A stretch of 62,916 bases of DNA, filler included, from Reclinomonas americana ATCC 50394 (GCA_048213135.1; 17 parts of 17 records of this genome joined end to end with filler, not necessarily neighbours in it), one strand, 5' to 3'; shown: positions 10,261 to 22,064, numbered from the whole stretch's first letter. Numbers and translations: made by a program. The notes: generated from the sequence alone by a model not told the origin.

Positions 10261-11010
10261 TCAGCCATGACCGGGAGGGTGGAGACCGGCAGCCCTGCAG
10301 CAGGGCGCATCCGCGTGCTCGACCGCGGCGAGGTTTGCGAAGGCGTCCAGGGCCTGGCGCCTCAGTGCGCTCACGGCTTCGACGGGATGAAGGACGCGAT
10401 GATCGATCGAGGGCAGCGCATCGCGTTGGTCGACCGACGATAGATGAGGACCGAGGTCACGCAGCAGGCCGTCCTCGATCGCATAGATCCAGCCATGGAG
10501 GTTCAGCTCCTGGCCGCGCGCCCACGCATTCTCGACGATCGGTGTCTGTGCGAGCCGGCGGACCTGCATCTCAACGTTGATCTCGCACATCCGGTCAAGG
10601 CGGCATGCGTCATCCGGGATGAGCGCGAAGGTCTCACGGTGCTTGCGGTGGAGCATCGAGATCGGCTGGAGCCAGTGGTCCAGCATGGAGCCGCGTTCCG
10701 TCACCAGCGCCCGCTGAACGCCGCCGCAGCCATAGTGGCCGCAGACGATGATGTGCTCGACCCTCAATTGCTCGACGGCATATTCGATCACCGAGAGGAT
10801 GTTCATGTCGCTGGTGTGGACGACATTGGCGATGTTGCGATGGACGAAGACCTCGCCGGGATCGAGGCCGAGGACGTCGTTGGCCGTGATGCGGCTGTCC
10901 GAGCAGCCGATCCAGAGATAGCGCGGCGTCTGCTGCTCGGCCATGCGGCGGAAGAAATGGGGATCGGCCCGGGTCTTGGACTGAGCCCAGGTGACGTTGC
11001 GATCGAAGAG
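10261..11010 (-). CDS. can: Beta-class carbonic anhydrase (5' end in gap)
   Basis: WIGCSDSR, FVHRNIAN, VCGHYGCGG. Confidence 0.93.
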   Translation of the reverse strand, partial: LFDRNVTWAQSKTRADPHFFRRMAEQQTPRYLWIGCSDSRITANDVLGLDPGEVFVHRNIANVVHTSDMNILSVIEYAVEQLRVEHIIVCGHYGCGGVQRALVTERGSMLDHWLQPISMLHRKHRETFALIPDDACRLDRMCEINVEMQVRRLAQTPIVENAWARGQELNLHGWIYAIEDGLLRDLGPHLSSVDQRDALPSIDHRVLHPVEAVSALRRQALDAFANLAAVEHADAPCCRAAGLHPPGHG

Positions 11011-11146
11011 NNNNNNNNNNNNNNNNNNNNNNNNNNNNNNNNNNNNNNNNNNNNTTAATTAATTAANNNNNNNNNNNNNNNNNNNNNNNNNNNNNNNNNN
11101 NNNNNNNNNNCCGCGTCAGAAGGGCTCCGAGCTGCATGGCAGGCTC

Positions 11147-11995
11147 CTATTGAACGAGGGGGGACTGGCTCGCCGCGATCTCGACGCCGGTGATCTCGGC
11201 GCGTCCGGCGAGGATCGTGATGTATTGTTGGATCGCCATGCGGCGGACCTTTTCGTCGAGCCAGGCGGCGATCCGCGGCCGAACGGCTTCGAAGGGCAGC
11301 GGCTGGCCGGGAATGCGGCGCTCGACCCAGACGATGTGGAAGCCGTAGCGGGTCTCGACGGGGTCCTCACCGACGGAGCCGATCGGAAGCCGGCCCAGTG
11401 CGGTTTCGAACTCCGGCACCGTTTGCCCCGGGCCGATCTGGCCGAGATGTCCGCCGGTCTGGCCCGAGGGACAGGCGGAAACGGCCGCGGCCAGCGCGGC
11501 GAAGCAGCTGGGATCCTGCTGGATCTGCAGGATCAGCAGCGAGGCCTGGCGGCTCGCCTCCATCCGGGCCGGCGCGTCGCCCGGCGCCGCCGGCAGCAGG
11601 ATGTGGCGCGCCTCGATGATCGCAGGCGACTGGAAGCGGATGCGGTTGGCATCGAAATAGCGCCGGCAGCTGGCCTCGTCGGCCTGTGGCGTCACCACCT
11701 CGTCTTCAACGAGCTGGCGGATCAGCGCCTCTTCCTCGGTCTCTCGCCTGCCCTCCCCGTCCTGGGCCGGCGCGGGAGACAATCCGAGCCGGCGCGCCTC
11801 CTGCAGCAGCAGTTCGCGCACGACCAGGGCATGGGCGGCGGCCTGCCAGGCCTCGATCGGCTTTGCGGCCGGATGGTTTTGCGTCTCCTGCGCGATGGCG
11901 GCGCGGGCGATGGCGACGCCATTGACGCTGACGGTCTTCGGCTTGTGCGAAACGGCCGGCTTGACGGCGCAGGCGGAGGTCGTGGTGTTGGTCAT
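11147..11995 (-). CDS. PpiC/NifM-type peptidyl-prolyl isomerase associated with nar operons
   Basis: ARHILL, SACPSGQTGGHLG, VPEFE, ETRYGFHIV; directly downstream of narI. Confidence 0.88.
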   Translation of the reverse strand: MTNTTTSACAVKPAVSHKPKTVSVNGVAIARAAIAQETQNHPAAKPIEAWQAAAHALVVRELLLQEARRLGLSPAPAQDGEGRRETEEEALIRQLVEDEVVTPQADEASCRRYFDANRIRFQSPAIIEARHILLPAAPGDAPARMEASRQASLLILQIQQDPSCFAALAAAVSACPSGQTGGHLGQIGPGQTVPEFETALGRLPIGSVGEDPVETRYGFHIVWVERRIPGQPLPFEAVRPRIAAWLDEKVRRMAIQQYITILAGRAEITGVEIAASQSPLVQ

Positions 11996-11999
11996 GATC

Positions 12000-12632
12000 T
12001 CACTCCGCCGGCTGGTTGGGGGACCGGGCCGACGGTCCGGCCGTCAGCACGCGGCGTGTCCGGACGACCTGGTAGCCCTTGCGGCCGAGATACCAGACCG
12101 GCGCGGACCAGATGTGGACCAGCCGCGAGAACGGGAAGATCAGGAAGATCGTCATGCCGAGCACGAGATGGACCAGATAGGGCCAGTTCAGCCCTTGCAG
12201 GGTCTGCGCATCGACCGGCTGGACCGTCAGGATGCCCTGCGCCCAGTGCGACAGCACCAGCATGACCGAGGCGTCGTGGTGGCTGAAGGAATAGGGCAGC
12301 GTCACCAGGCCGAGCACGAGCTGGACCCAGAGGATCGCCAGCACGCCGAGGTCCATATATGTCGAGGTCTGGCGGATGCGCGCGTCGAACAGTCGCCGGT
12401 GCAGGAGCAGCGACAGGCCAACGAAGCAGATCGCCCCCGCCACGCCACCCGCCACGATCGCGATGAACTGCTTCTGCTCGGGCGTGATCACCAGCGTGTA
12501 GAGCGCGGTGGGCGTCAAAAGCCCGACCGTGTGACCCATCAGCAAGAAGAGAATGCCGATGTGGAAGAGGTTGGAGCCCAATGCGAGCTGCTTCTTGCGC
12601 AGCATCTGGCTGGACGATGCCTTCCACGTGTA
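12000..12632 (-). CDS. narI: Respiratory nitrate reductase gamma subunit (5' partial)
   Basis: SNLFHIGIL..GH, HLVLGMTIFLIFPFSRLVHIWS. Confidence 0.95.
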   Translation of the reverse strand, partial: YTWKASSSQMLRKKQLALGSNLFHIGILFLLMGHTVGLLTPTALYTLVITPEQKQFIAIVAGGVAGAICFVGLSLLLHRRLFDARIRQTSTYMDLGVLAILWVQLVLGLVTLPYSFSHHDASVMLVLSHWAQGILTVQPVDAQTLQGLNWPYLVHLVLGMTIFLIFPFSRLVHIWSAPVWYLGRKGYQVVRTRRVLTAGPSARSPNQPAE

Positions 12633-12732
12633 NNNNNNNNNNNNNNNNNNNNNNNNNNNNNNNNNNNNNNNNNNNNTTAATTAATTAANNNNNNNNNNNN
12701 NNNNNNNNNNNNNNNNNNNNNNNNNNNNNNNN

Positions 12733-13504
12733 GAAGCCGACTCAGCCCGCCCGTCTCCTGGACGCGGACATAGCGGGCCGGCCCGCCGGTCCGGTAGGGA
12801 TCCTCAACGAGGTTGTATTTGTCTAGGAGCCGCGCCCGCACCACCGAGAGCGGCAGGAACTGGTCGATGCGCCCGGGCTCTATTTCGCCCAGCGGCATCA
12901 CCTCGATCAGGGTCAGGTCCATGCCGAGACCATGCGCCCAAATCATCAGGCTCTCGATCTCGTCCTCGTTGACGCCCTTCAGCGCGACAGCGTTGATCTT
13001 GACCCGCATCCCGGCCTTGCGCGCCGCCTCGATGCCGCCGAGCACCTTGTCGAGATCGCCCCAGCGCGTGATCTGGCGAAATTTGTCGGGGTCGAGCGTG
13101 TCGAGCGAAACGTTGATCCGCCGCACGCCGTAATCGGCCAGCTCCTGCGCGTAGCGGTCGAGCAGCGAGCCGTTCGTGGTCAGCGTCAGCTCTTCGAGCG
13201 CGCCCGAGGTCAGGTGGCGCGAGAGCGAGCGGAACAAGCTCATCACGTCGCGCCGCACCAGCGGCTCGCCGCCGGTAAGGCGCAACTTGCGCGTGCCGCG
13301 CGCGATGAAGGCGGTGGCGAGGCGGTCGATCTCCTCCAGCGTCAGCAGGTCGCGCTTGGGCAGGAAGGTCATGTCCTCGGACATGCAGTAGACGCAGCGG
13401 AAATCGCAGCGATCCGTCACCGAAATCCGCAGATAGGAGATGTCGCGGCCGAATGGGTCGGTCAGCACAGGCCGCGCCAGCGGCGCGATTGGGTCAAACC
13501 ACAT
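12733..13504 (-). CDS. moaA: GTP 3',8-cyclase (3' partial)
   Basis: [36 protein letters not shown]. Confidence 0.95.
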
Positions 13505-13517
13505 GGCTTGGGGATCC

Positions 13518-14768
13518 TCAGCCTTGAAAAGCACCAGAGAACGGGTGAAACCGGATCAGATCGCCAGGACGAAGGTCCTCGCATTCGGCGGCGATCTCGG
13601 CGAGCCCGTCTGCGAGGGCGAGTGGGCGAAGCTGTGCTGCACCGCCCTTGCCGATGATCTCCGCCCTGACCTCCTGTCCCTTGTTGGACACGAGCCGCGC
13701 AGGCACAAACTCCGTACGACCGGGGCGCCGCGCAAACCCCGCCGCGATGGGCAACGGATAGCCAATGTGCGGACGATGAAGCCGTCCCTGCAGAGCCCCC
13801 ACCATGGCTTGTCCCAGGATGAGCCAGGACACGAGGCTTGCAACCGGATTGCCGGGGAGCCCGAGATACGCAGCCGGTCCGATTCTGCCCACGATCGCCG
13901 GTTTGGCTGGCTTGAGGGCAATCTTCAGCACCCGGCCGCTTCCTCCGGCATGTCTTAGGGCCGCAAGGCTATGGTCCTCTTCGCCGACCGACGCCCCTCC
14001 CGTGCTGATCACGAGATCAGAACGCTCCGAGAGCATCTGCAGCCGTTCTGCGATCTCCGAACGCGAATCCGCTGCCCGGCCGCCGTCGATCGCGTCGTGC
14101 CCCGCTTGGCCGATCAGCGACAGCAGCATGGGGCGGTTCGAGTCATAGACCGCCGCGCCCCTCAGCATGGCGCCCACATCCTGCAACTCATCACCTGTGG
14201 AAAAAACGGCTATGCGCAGCCTGGACCTGACGGCGACGGTTTCTTCTCCCTGAGCGGCGAGCATGGCGACATGGCGAGGATCAAGCCTGATGCCCGGCTT
14301 CAGGAGCGGTTCGAGCGGCTCGATATCCTCGCCCTGATGACGGACGTTGTCGCCGGCAGTCATTCGGCGCGTCAGTACGATCGATGTATCGTCTCGTTCG
14401 ACATGCTCCTGCATCACGACGGCGTCCGCGCCCTCCGGCATCGGAGCGCCCGTGAAAATGCGGGCGGCTTCGCCAGCCGATAAACGCCGGCCGCTGCGCC
14501 CGGCGGGCACACGATCCACGATCTTGAGTCGCGTGCCTTCAGACATGCCTGAAGCCGCGACCAAGGCATAGCCGTCCATCGCCGATTGAGTGAAGGGAGG
14601 TGAAGCCATGCACGCCACGAAGGTCTCGGCAAGAATCCGTCCAGCGGACTCGACCAGCCTAACGGATTCGCCCCGCGAAACCGTCCTGGCGCAAGCAATC
14701 GCGGCGGCGCAGGCCTCAGCGATGGACATGAGCGTGTTGCGGGAGAACTGGTCGACGACCGCGTCCAT
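13518..14768 (-). CDS. moeA: Molybdopterin molybdotransferase
   Basis: [45 protein letters not shown]. Confidence 0.93.
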   Translation of the reverse strand: MDAVVDQFSRNTLMSIAEACAAAIACARTVSRGESVRLVESAGRILAETFVACMASPPFTQSAMDGYALVAASGMSEGTRLKIVDRVPAGRSGRRLSAGEAARIFTGAPMPEGADAVVMQEHVERDDTSIVLTRRMTAGDNVRHQGEDIEPLEPLLKPGIRLDPRHVAMLAAQGEETVAVRSRLRIAVFSTGDELQDVGAMLRGAAVYDSNRPMLLSLIGQAGHDAIDGGRAADSRSEIAERLQMLSERSDLVISTGGASVGEEDHSLAALRHAGGSGRVLKIALKPAKPAIVGRIGPAAYLGLPGNPVASLVSWLILGQAMVGALQGRLHRPHIGYPLPIAAGFARRPGRTEFVPARLVSNKGQEVRAEIIGKGGAAQLRPLALADGLAEIAAECEDLRPGDLIRFHPFSGAFQG

Positions 14769-14949
14769 GGGGTCTCCCTTTCAAGGGGGTTGGGTTCATT
14801 GACGGACGGTGACTGGAGGTCCGACCCAGGGCCGTATGATCCAGCCGCACCTGAACCACCCTTGCACTTAGACAAAGGTCAAGATCGTTGAACGACCGCA
14901 GAGGCAGCTGGGCCTAAGGCCACAATCTTCAAGTTCGTTTTGCAAGTCT

Positions 14950-14963
14950 TTGACCGAGGTCAA
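14950..14963. promoter_or_regulatory. FNR/FixK/NnrR-type box
   Basis: TTGAC-CGAG-GTCAA upstream of moeA. Confidence 0.7.
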
Positions 14964-15132
14964 ACAGGAGAGCTGCATCTTTATCGTACGCGTTACCGCG
15001 GGGGTCGCGCCCGTATCGTCATCACCGACAACNNNNNNNNNNNNNNNNNNNNNNNNNNNNNNNNNNNNNNNNNNNNTTAATTAATTAANNNNNNNNNNNN
15101 NNNNNNNNNNNNNNNNNNNNNNNNNNNNNNNN

Positions 15133-16531
15133 TCTCGATGCGGGCCATCGCATCGACCGCCTTGCCGGCGATGGCGCCGCCCGTCTGCGCCGCCTGCATG
15201 GCCTCCGTGGCAACACTCGCCGCCTGGCGCGAGGCTTGGGCGGTGGCCTTGACCGAGGCCGCGAGCTGCTCGGTCGTCGCCGCCGTCTCTTCGAGCGACG
15301 AGGCCTGATCCTCGGTGCGCTTCGACAGGTCGTCCGCGCCCATATTGATTTCTCGCGCGGCAAGCAGGATCGCGTGGGATGTCGAACTGATCGCCCCGAC
15401 GATTTCCTGGAGCCGCTCAGTGGTCATGTTGATCGCCCGTTGGAGCTCCGCAAACCGGCCCGAATAGACGCCATTGATACGGTGTGTCAGATCGCCCTGG
15501 GAGATGGCACCCATTGCAGCGGCAAACTCACCGGTGGCTTCCTCGACGGATTGATTGATTGCGTTGATACCCTCGACGAGCCTGTTCAGCCCCTGCTCCG
15601 AAACGCGAACTGAAGCCCTGGCCGAGAAGTCGCCCCGTTCTGCGCTGGCCACGATGGCCGCGACATCGTCAACCACGCGCTGAGTAGCCCGGTTCTTTTC
15701 ATCGGAGCTCATGGCTTCATGACGCATACTTTCCTGGTCAGCCTCGGCACGCTTTTGCAAGCCGCTCCGAAAGAGGTCGACCGCGCGTGCAATTTCGCCC
15801 ACTTCGTCCCGCCGAGAGCCACCCTTGACCTGGGCATCCAGGTGGCCCGCCGCCAATTGCGACATCGTCTGGATCAGAGCCCGCAATGGCCGCGATACGC
15901 TGAGGTTCAGCCAAGCGGCGACCGCCATGTATCCAAGCAAGAGCGGCAGAAGCACAATCAGAACCGCGTTCAAAAGCTCCCCGAACGCCGATTGGATGTC
16001 TGAGGTATGTAAGCCGGCCGCGACCACCCAGCCCCATTCCGGCACCGCCTGAACATACGAAATTTTCTCGGAAGGGATGTCATCCCCGGGTTTCTTCCAC
16101 GAGTACGCGATAAACCCTGCCCGTTGGGATTTAGCCAGATCGACCATCTCCTGAATGATAGGACGACCGGTTGTGTCCTTGACGCCCAGCGCCGACTGCC
16201 CCTCCAACTTCGGCAGCATGGGATGCATCACCATCTGGCCCTTTGTGTCGAAGATGTAGATGTAGTTGCCGCCGTCAAAGCGAGAGGAGCGGAGCATCTC
16301 TGCCAATCGCGACTTGACCTGCTCTGGCGCTTCGCTCGCCGCCCGTGTCGACCGCTGGCCTTCGATCACGGTTACAGCCGCTTCGACCAGAAAACGGATT
16401 TCCGAACGCTTCTGCGCGATCATCGCGTCACGAGCGCGCGTCAAACTGAAAGCTACAGCACCAACTGCTATGATCCCGCTGAGAAAGGCGAGCAGCGTAA
16501 AACGACGGGAAATAGTAAGGCTTAGGGTCAT
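15133..16531 (-). CDS. Methyl-accepting chemotaxis protein with sCache_2 sensor and HAMP domains (3' partial)
   Basis: [49 protein letters not shown]. Confidence 0.92.
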
Positions 16532-17240
16532 AACCTGCCTCAAAAACAAGCAACGACTTCCGATACGTCAGTTCAGATTTCGAAATCGTTAAACAAACTG
16601 GATAGGCAGTCGCTCCCGCGCAGCCGAGCCGAGCCGCCGCGGGTGATCGCTCGAACACGGGTCGAACGATTGCGGAGACAAGGGAAACATAGCGCTGAGC
16701 AGCGATGCCATACGCTCGCACCAGATGCGTATGACCGTCACCTCGGCGACGAGGCCCCAGTCGACCGAGCGTCCGGTCCTCGCAATGTCACCCAGGTCCC
16801 GCCGGAGGACCCGGTCGCCGCCAGCCGTATGCTCGGCACGCTGACGGCATTCCTGCTGAAGGCCCGCTAGGCCGAGGAAGCCGACGGGCCGGGCGTCATC
16901 ACTGCGATGGAGGCGGCTCACGAGCGCCTGGTGCGACTCAGCGAGCGCCTGAAGACCCGGGCTTGATCCCGTGCCCCGTCACCATTTCGGTCGCCCCATC
17001 GCCTCCGCGACGCCGTCACGCCCTTCCATGGCGGCCCGACGCGGATCGGCTTCTGCCCGCGGCTCAACAGGCAGTCCTTGCCCAACGTCAGCACATATGC
17101 TTGCGGTTTCGTGAATTATTGACCAGAGCGACCCGAGCTCTATCACCGCGCCGTCGTCTAGCCAGCCCTGCAAATTCGCATATTGCGCTGCGGCAACCCG
17201 CCGCACTAAGGTCCCGCCGTTGATCGGTTCGGGGGGACCT

Positions 17241-17618
17241 ATGAACTACAAGAGCGCGCGTCACGTGCTGATCGCCGAAGCGCAGGCGATCATCGCGATG
17301 GACCTGGAGCAATCGCTCCGCGACTCGGGTTACGAGAGCATCGCCATGGCAACGTCATGCGCCGAGGCAGAGGCCGAACTGGCGCGGCAAATGCCGAATA
17401 TCGCGGTGCTCGACGTGGACCTGCTCGATGGCGTCTGTCTGCGACTGGCGATGGCGCTGCGCGAGCGGTCGGTTCCTTTCATCGTTTTCTCGGGCCGTAG
17501 CGACCGCTCGGCGGTCGACCCCGTCTTCTCGCACGGCACATGGCTGGCGAAGCCCGCGACAGCGGACGTCGTCGTGGCGGCGATGGAAGCAATCCTGCCG
17601 CACCGCGGCGTCACTTGA
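17241..17618 (+). CDS. Single-domain response regulator
   Basis: VLIAE..IIAMDL, AVLDVDL, PFIVFSG, LAKP. Confidence 0.85.
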   Translation: MNYKSARHVLIAEAQAIIAMDLEQSLRDSGYESIAMATSCAEAEAELARQMPNIAVLDVDLLDGVCLRLAMALRERSVPFIVFSGRSDRSAVDPVFSHGTWLAKPATADVVVAAMEAILPHRGVT

Positions 17619-17964
17619 CGAGGGTCGTCGGCGGTCCGCAGACGGGCTCGACGAGTTTGCGCAGCTGACTCTTGACCGGATCGGGTTGGAATGCCGACAG
17701 AGCCCAGATTTGGAAACAAACGCGCTCGACCAGCTGGATAAGCTCGTCGATAGAGACCACGTCGACATCGCCTTTTTGGCGCAGCCATTCCCGCATGTCG
17801 TCGAATGAGCGGTTAATCGGATGGGCGTCTTCATGCGCGACCCCCAGGAACGCTATCCCGGCGGCTAGCGATGCCGTGAGCTTCAGCGCCGTCTCGATCG
17901 CCTCGCGTGCCGGCATCAAGCGAAGCCCAGCTTCAATTTCCGGGTCGAGCGGAGTGCGAGGCAT
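17611..17964 (-). CDS. Hypothetical protein
   Basis: Open ORF with plausible composition; no motif recognised. Confidence 0.45.
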   Translation of the reverse strand: MPRTPLDPEIEAGLRLMPAREAIETALKLTASLAAGIAFLGVAHEDAHPINRSFDDMREWLRQKGDVDVVSIDELIQLVERVCFQIWALSAFQPDPVKSQLRKLVEPVCGPPTTLVK

Positions 17965-18788
17965 GGGGGACTCAAAGTAAGGCGGCAACCGCGGCTGACT
18001 TAACGGCAGCCGGTTAATGAAGCATCAAGCATGTGGTATTGCGCTGTCGCCTCCGGGACAATTGCTCCGTCCGAAATCGCGATGGAGTCCCTGATGTCCG
18101 AACCTCCCCGACACCCCTGCGAGGGCCTCTTGGTCGCGGCCCCCGCGACTTTCGAGGCCATAGTCCTGGGGTAGCGCAAGCGGCATCTCGTCGCCGCCAT
18201 CACCGAGCTCTGCCGGCATGGCCTCATCGTCGCACACCCGGCCGCCGGCTGGAGCGTCCCCACACCACTGCACATCGCGTTCTGCAAAAGGTGCGCAACC
18301 CAGGAGCCTTTGTCATGAGCGAGAACGCAACCCTCGGCTACGTGGTGCGCACAGTACCGACGTTCAACGACGTCGTGCACCCGTGCTTGGGACGCGAGGC
18401 CCTGAAGCCGCCGGCGCGGCGCATGGAGACGTGTACGTGTCTCGCCGACGAGATGATGACGCCGTTGGCGACCGCCAGAGCGATGGCCTCGACACATTTG
18501 GCGCGTGAATTGACCTATCGCGCGAACTTGAACGCCTGCCGCGCGCTGGCTTTCAGCCGCAGCGTCGGAAATGCCGTTGAGTCCCGGATGTCGCCTTTGC
18601 CGCGTGTCGCCAGGGCGTCCGTCAACTGACGATCGAGATATCGACCAGGCAGGCCGCGAGGCCGGTGCCATCTTGGTAGGCGCTGAGCACGAAGACAGGT
18701 TCCAGCCAGGACGGGCGCGACCCCGTTGTTCAATCTCAGATGCTGGTGCGAAGAAGGTCCGGTGAGTCGGATGAAGAAAGAGGGGAGC

Positions 18789-18813
18789 GGAACGACTCCG
18801 CCAGCAGGACGTT
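18789..18813 (+). promoter_or_regulatory. EcfG/sigma-T (general stress response) promoter
   Basis: GGAAC-N16-CGTT about 40 nt upstream of the yciF-like ATG. Confidence 0.8.
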
Positions 18814-18852
18814 GCAGTGGCAATTCATTCCACTTGAAACGGAGTCCCGCAC

Positions 18853-19365
18853 ATGGCCAATACGCCCAAAGCTCTCGACGACCTTTTCCACGACATGCTC
18901 AAGGACGTTTATTACGCCGAGAAGCAGGTCCTGAAGGCCCTACCGAAGATGGCCAGGATGGCCCAGTCGCCCGAACTGAAAAAGGCCTTCGAGACCCACA
19001 AAGAGCAGACCTCCGAGCAGATCGAGCGCCTGGGCGAGGTCTTCGAGATGATCGGAAAGGCGCCTCGCGGAAAGACCTGCGAGGCCATCCTCGGCATCCT
19101 CGACGAGGGCAAGTCGGTCATGGAGGAATATGCCGACAGCCCGGCGCTGGATGCGGGCCTTGTCGCCTCCGCACAGGCGGTCGAGCACTACGAGATCACC
19201 CGCTACGGCACCCTGAAGGCCTGGGCCCAGCAGCTCGGTCACAAGGACGCCGTGAAGCTGCTGGAGGCGACGCTGGCCGAGGAGACGCAGACGGACGACC
19301 TGCTGACCAAGATCAGCGGCACCACGAACAAGGCGGCGGTGCAGAAACCGGCGAAGGCCGCCTGA
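18853..19365 (+). CDS. yciF: Ferritin-like DUF892 (YciE/YciF) protein
   Basis: LKDVYYAEKQ, CEAILGI, AQAVEHYEITRYGTL; Shine-Dalgarno GGAG. Confidence 0.92.
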   Translation: MANTPKALDDLFHDMLKDVYYAEKQVLKALPKMARMAQSPELKKAFETHKEQTSEQIERLGEVFEMIGKAPRGKTCEAILGILDEGKSVMEEYADSPALDAGLVASAQAVEHYEITRYGTLKAWAQQLGHKDAVKLLEATLAEETQTDDLLTKISGTTNKAAVQKPAKAA

Positions 19366-19378
19366 TACGGCAGGACCG

Positions 19379-19408
19379 GGCCCGCCGAGCTCCCTCGGCG
19401 GGCCTTTT
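19379..19408 (+). terminator. Rho-independent terminator
   Basis: Stem ggcccgccgag-ctcc-ctcggcgggcc followed by TTTT. Confidence 0.85.
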
Positions 19409-19427
19409 CATTTCAACGAGGTGCCAC

Positions 19428-20209
19428 ATGGGTAGCCCCTTCACGATCCGCCTGCAGAACCAGTGCGGCCTCGGGGTCCTCGATGCGGCCTTAATCGACA
19501 AGCAGTTGCGGCTGCTGCCATCGTTCCCGCCTGGGTCGACGGTCTGCGACGGCTCCGACGCCTCGGAGAACGTCCGGATCATCGTGTCCGGGCTCGCTTA
19601 CCGCTGCCGGATGACGCCGGAGGGCGGAAGGCACATCTCGGCATTCTTGCTTCCAGGGGACGCCTGCGACGTCTCCACCCTCTACATCCGATCATCCGGC
19701 CATAGCGTCGTCGCGGCATCCCGCTGCGAGGCGGCCATCATCCCGTGCCGGACGCTGATGCGCCTCGTCGACGACCACCCGACGATCATGAGGGCAATGT
19801 GGATTCTGAGCCTGCTCGACGAGGCGATGGTTCGCGAGATGGCGTTCGGCATGGGGCGGCAAAACGCACAGGGGCGCATGGCGCGACTGTTCTGCATACT
19901 GCACGCTAGGCACGACCAAGTCGGAGTACCGTCGACGGGGACTTCACGTTCCCCGTCACGCAAATCGTCGTCGGCGACGCGCTGGGCCTGTCGCCCGTCC
20001 ACACGAACCGTACCTTGAGCGTATTGAAGCCGATGGGGCTACTCGAATTCCATGGCGGCCAAGTCCGGATCACTGACGTGAACCGTTTACGGCGGTTCGC
20101 TCGCTTCGATCTGAGCCACCTGTCGGTCGATCGGCTCCGGATGATCGGGATGACGCCGAGTAGGGGGCTAGTCGAGCCTCCGGCCCGGCCTAGGCTAGCC
20201 CTGAACTAG
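19428..20209 (+). pseudogene. Crp/Fnr-family regulator with a frameshift near 19925 (real or sequencing error)
   Basis: cNMP domain (GLAYR..EGGRHISAFLLPGDACD) is in one frame; the HTH (TQIVVGDALGLSPVHTNRTL) is in another. Confidence 0.75.
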
Positions 20210-20213
20210 ACCT

Positions 20214-20447
20214 TCAGCGCGACTTTATCCTTCCTTGCGCGACATCATGCTGGACGCGGTAGACAAGCCGCCGCCGCGCGTCGATGACGGACATCCAGAT
20301 CCTGGGAACAGTCGCATACCAGGCCATCTCGCGCAGGGCCACCTCGGCAGCCTGGCAGGCGTGCTTCAAGCTCGCGTACTCTAGGGCTTCCTCGTCCGGC
20401 TCGATGTCGTCGCCGTCCTCGGTCGCCGAGAAGTAGAATTTGGGCAT
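20214..20447 (-). CDS. Small DUF6894-like protein
   Basis: MPKFYF...DEEALEYASL..A...LREMA pattern. Confidence 0.65.
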   Translation of the reverse strand: MPKFYFSATEDGDDIEPDEEALEYASLKHACQAAEVALREMAWYATVPRIWMSVIDARRRLVYRVQHDVAQGRIKSR

Positions 20448-20575
20448 AGCGGGCGTCTCTATAGGCCACCGAAGGTCTCAACGAGGATCCCCTGCCCCCG
20501 GGTCCTGTCTGCCCCCGGAAATTTCAATCGTCTCATAAGGCGTGCCGTCCGGCATCAGGGTCACGACGATGCGCT

Positions 20576-21092
20576 TCATCGGCCCCTCGGCGGGGCGGCG
20601 GCACGATCGAGGGCGATCATCACGGCGTCTCCGGCTTCACGATGCACCAGACGCGCCGAGCTTCTGCCGGCGATCGTCAGATCGGCGAGTTTGCCATGGA
20701 AGGTAAGCCGCCCCGCCGCGTGCAGGGCTGTGAGCCCTTCGAGGAAGAGCCTGCGGAACAACCGCGAGAGCACGCGCACGGGCAGAAAGAAGCCGGGCCT
20801 GCACGCGATCCAGCGCGAGCCATCCGGCGACAGGCCGCCGCCGGGCCCGATGATGTGGAGATGGGGATGGTGGGTCATCGCCGATCCCCATGTGTGCAGG
20901 ACGCTGGTGAAGCCGATGCGGGCGCCGAGATGCCGGGGATCGCTCGCGATGGTGGCGAGCGTCGCGGCCGCGGCCCTGAACAGCAGACCATAGACGGCGG
21001 CCTTGTTCTGGAAGGCCATAGTCGCGATCGGCGCCGGCAGGGTGAAGACGAGATGATAGTAGGGCACGGGCAGGAGATCGGCCTGGCGATCC
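20576..21092 (-). mobile_element. IS91-family (Y2, rolling-circle) transposase fragment
   Basis: YYHLVFTLP, VLHTWGSAMTHHPHLH (HUH motif), FFLPVRVLSRLFR; the C-terminal half is missing. Confidence 0.88.
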
Positions 21093-21257
21093 NNNNNNNN
21101 NNNNNNNNNNNNNNNNNNNNNNNNNNNNNNNNNNNNTTAATTAATTAANNNNNNNNNNNNNNNNNNNNNNNNNNNNNNNNNNNNNNNNNNNNTGTCGAAT
21201 GCCTTGCTGACGGCGGTTGCCGTAAGGTAATTAGGCCCACTGTTTTCGGAGGCCGTC

Positions 21258-21497
21258 ATGCCATTGCGCAATGCATTCACTGATCCCCGCGAGCTTCTAG
21301 TCGCGGAGGCTATCCAAGCCCGCGCTTGGGAAATGCTCGCCCGGGACGCTGCGGTCGTAGCCATGGGTGAGCGCTTTGCCAAGGAGTGCTTGGCAGCCAT
21401 TGTAGCGCGCCTCATGGACCAGCGGGACAAATCGATCGGCGATCTTTCCAAAATGGCCATCTTTGAGTTCAAGCGCGACGGTCAAACCGCAAGCTGA
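21258..21497 (+). CDS. Small hypothetical protein
   Basis: GGAGG Shine-Dalgarno before the ATG; 79 aa. Confidence 0.55.
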   Translation: MPLRNAFTDPRELLVAEAIQARAWEMLARDAAVVAMGERFAKECLAAIVARLMDQRDKSIGDLSKMAIFEFKRDGQTAS

Positions 21498-21713
21498 TAC
21501 GCGCGCTGCGATGGCGAACTGAGCGTCGCGCTGGTTAACGCTGGATGGCAAAGTGAACCGTGCCGGGCTTCGCGAAAGCATTCGCTTAAATGGCCATGGT
21601 CGACGGCTGCAGTTAAGTGTGCCATCGGCGCAACGCGTATGCTAGCTGTTTGGTAGTGCCTCATTATCAGCAAGTGCGCGGTACAGTGTATCTTAGCCGA
21701 CGAGACCTCGGCC

Positions 21714-22064
21714 CTACGAACCACCGGATCGGCAGTTCTCAGCGCTAAAGCCAACCTTCCGGTCGATCTGGTCTATTGTGACAATTGACATCGCAGTCGT
21801 GACTGCAGCCGCGGTTTCGCTAATGAGGCGGGTCGCATCCGCACCGCTGATTGCATTTATACCGTGAAGGGTTTCTATGGCGATCATAGCCACTCGTGTT
21901 GACGCAAAGTAGGCGGCTGCGGTTTGTGGAATGACATCGGCTCGCATTTTTGCTTCGTTTGACTTGTGCTCGTTGATGATTTGCCACAGCGCGTCCCGAC
22001 ACAGATTAATCATCGTATCCTTATCCACGTAGATTTCCTCGACTGATCCGATTTGACGACGCAC
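21714..22064 (-). CDS. Hypothetical protein in a lower-GC segment
   Basis: 116-aa ORF; no motif recognised. Confidence 0.35.
   Translation of the reverse strand: MRRQIGSVEEIYVDKDTMINLCRDALWQIINEHKSNEAKMRADVIPQTAAAYFASTRVAMIAIETLHGINAISGADATRLISETAAAVTTAMSIVTIDQIDRKVGFSAENCRSGGS

Noticed and set aside
16600..17210. Short ORFs between the MCP and the response regulator
   Set aside because: No recognisable motif or convincing start signals.
18000..18720. ORFs 18033-18629 and 18000-18671
   Set aside because: No family recognised and no clear coding frame.
18726..20018. 430-aa ORF
   Set aside because: It is an off-frame read through yciF joined to the real Crp N-terminus starting at 19428.
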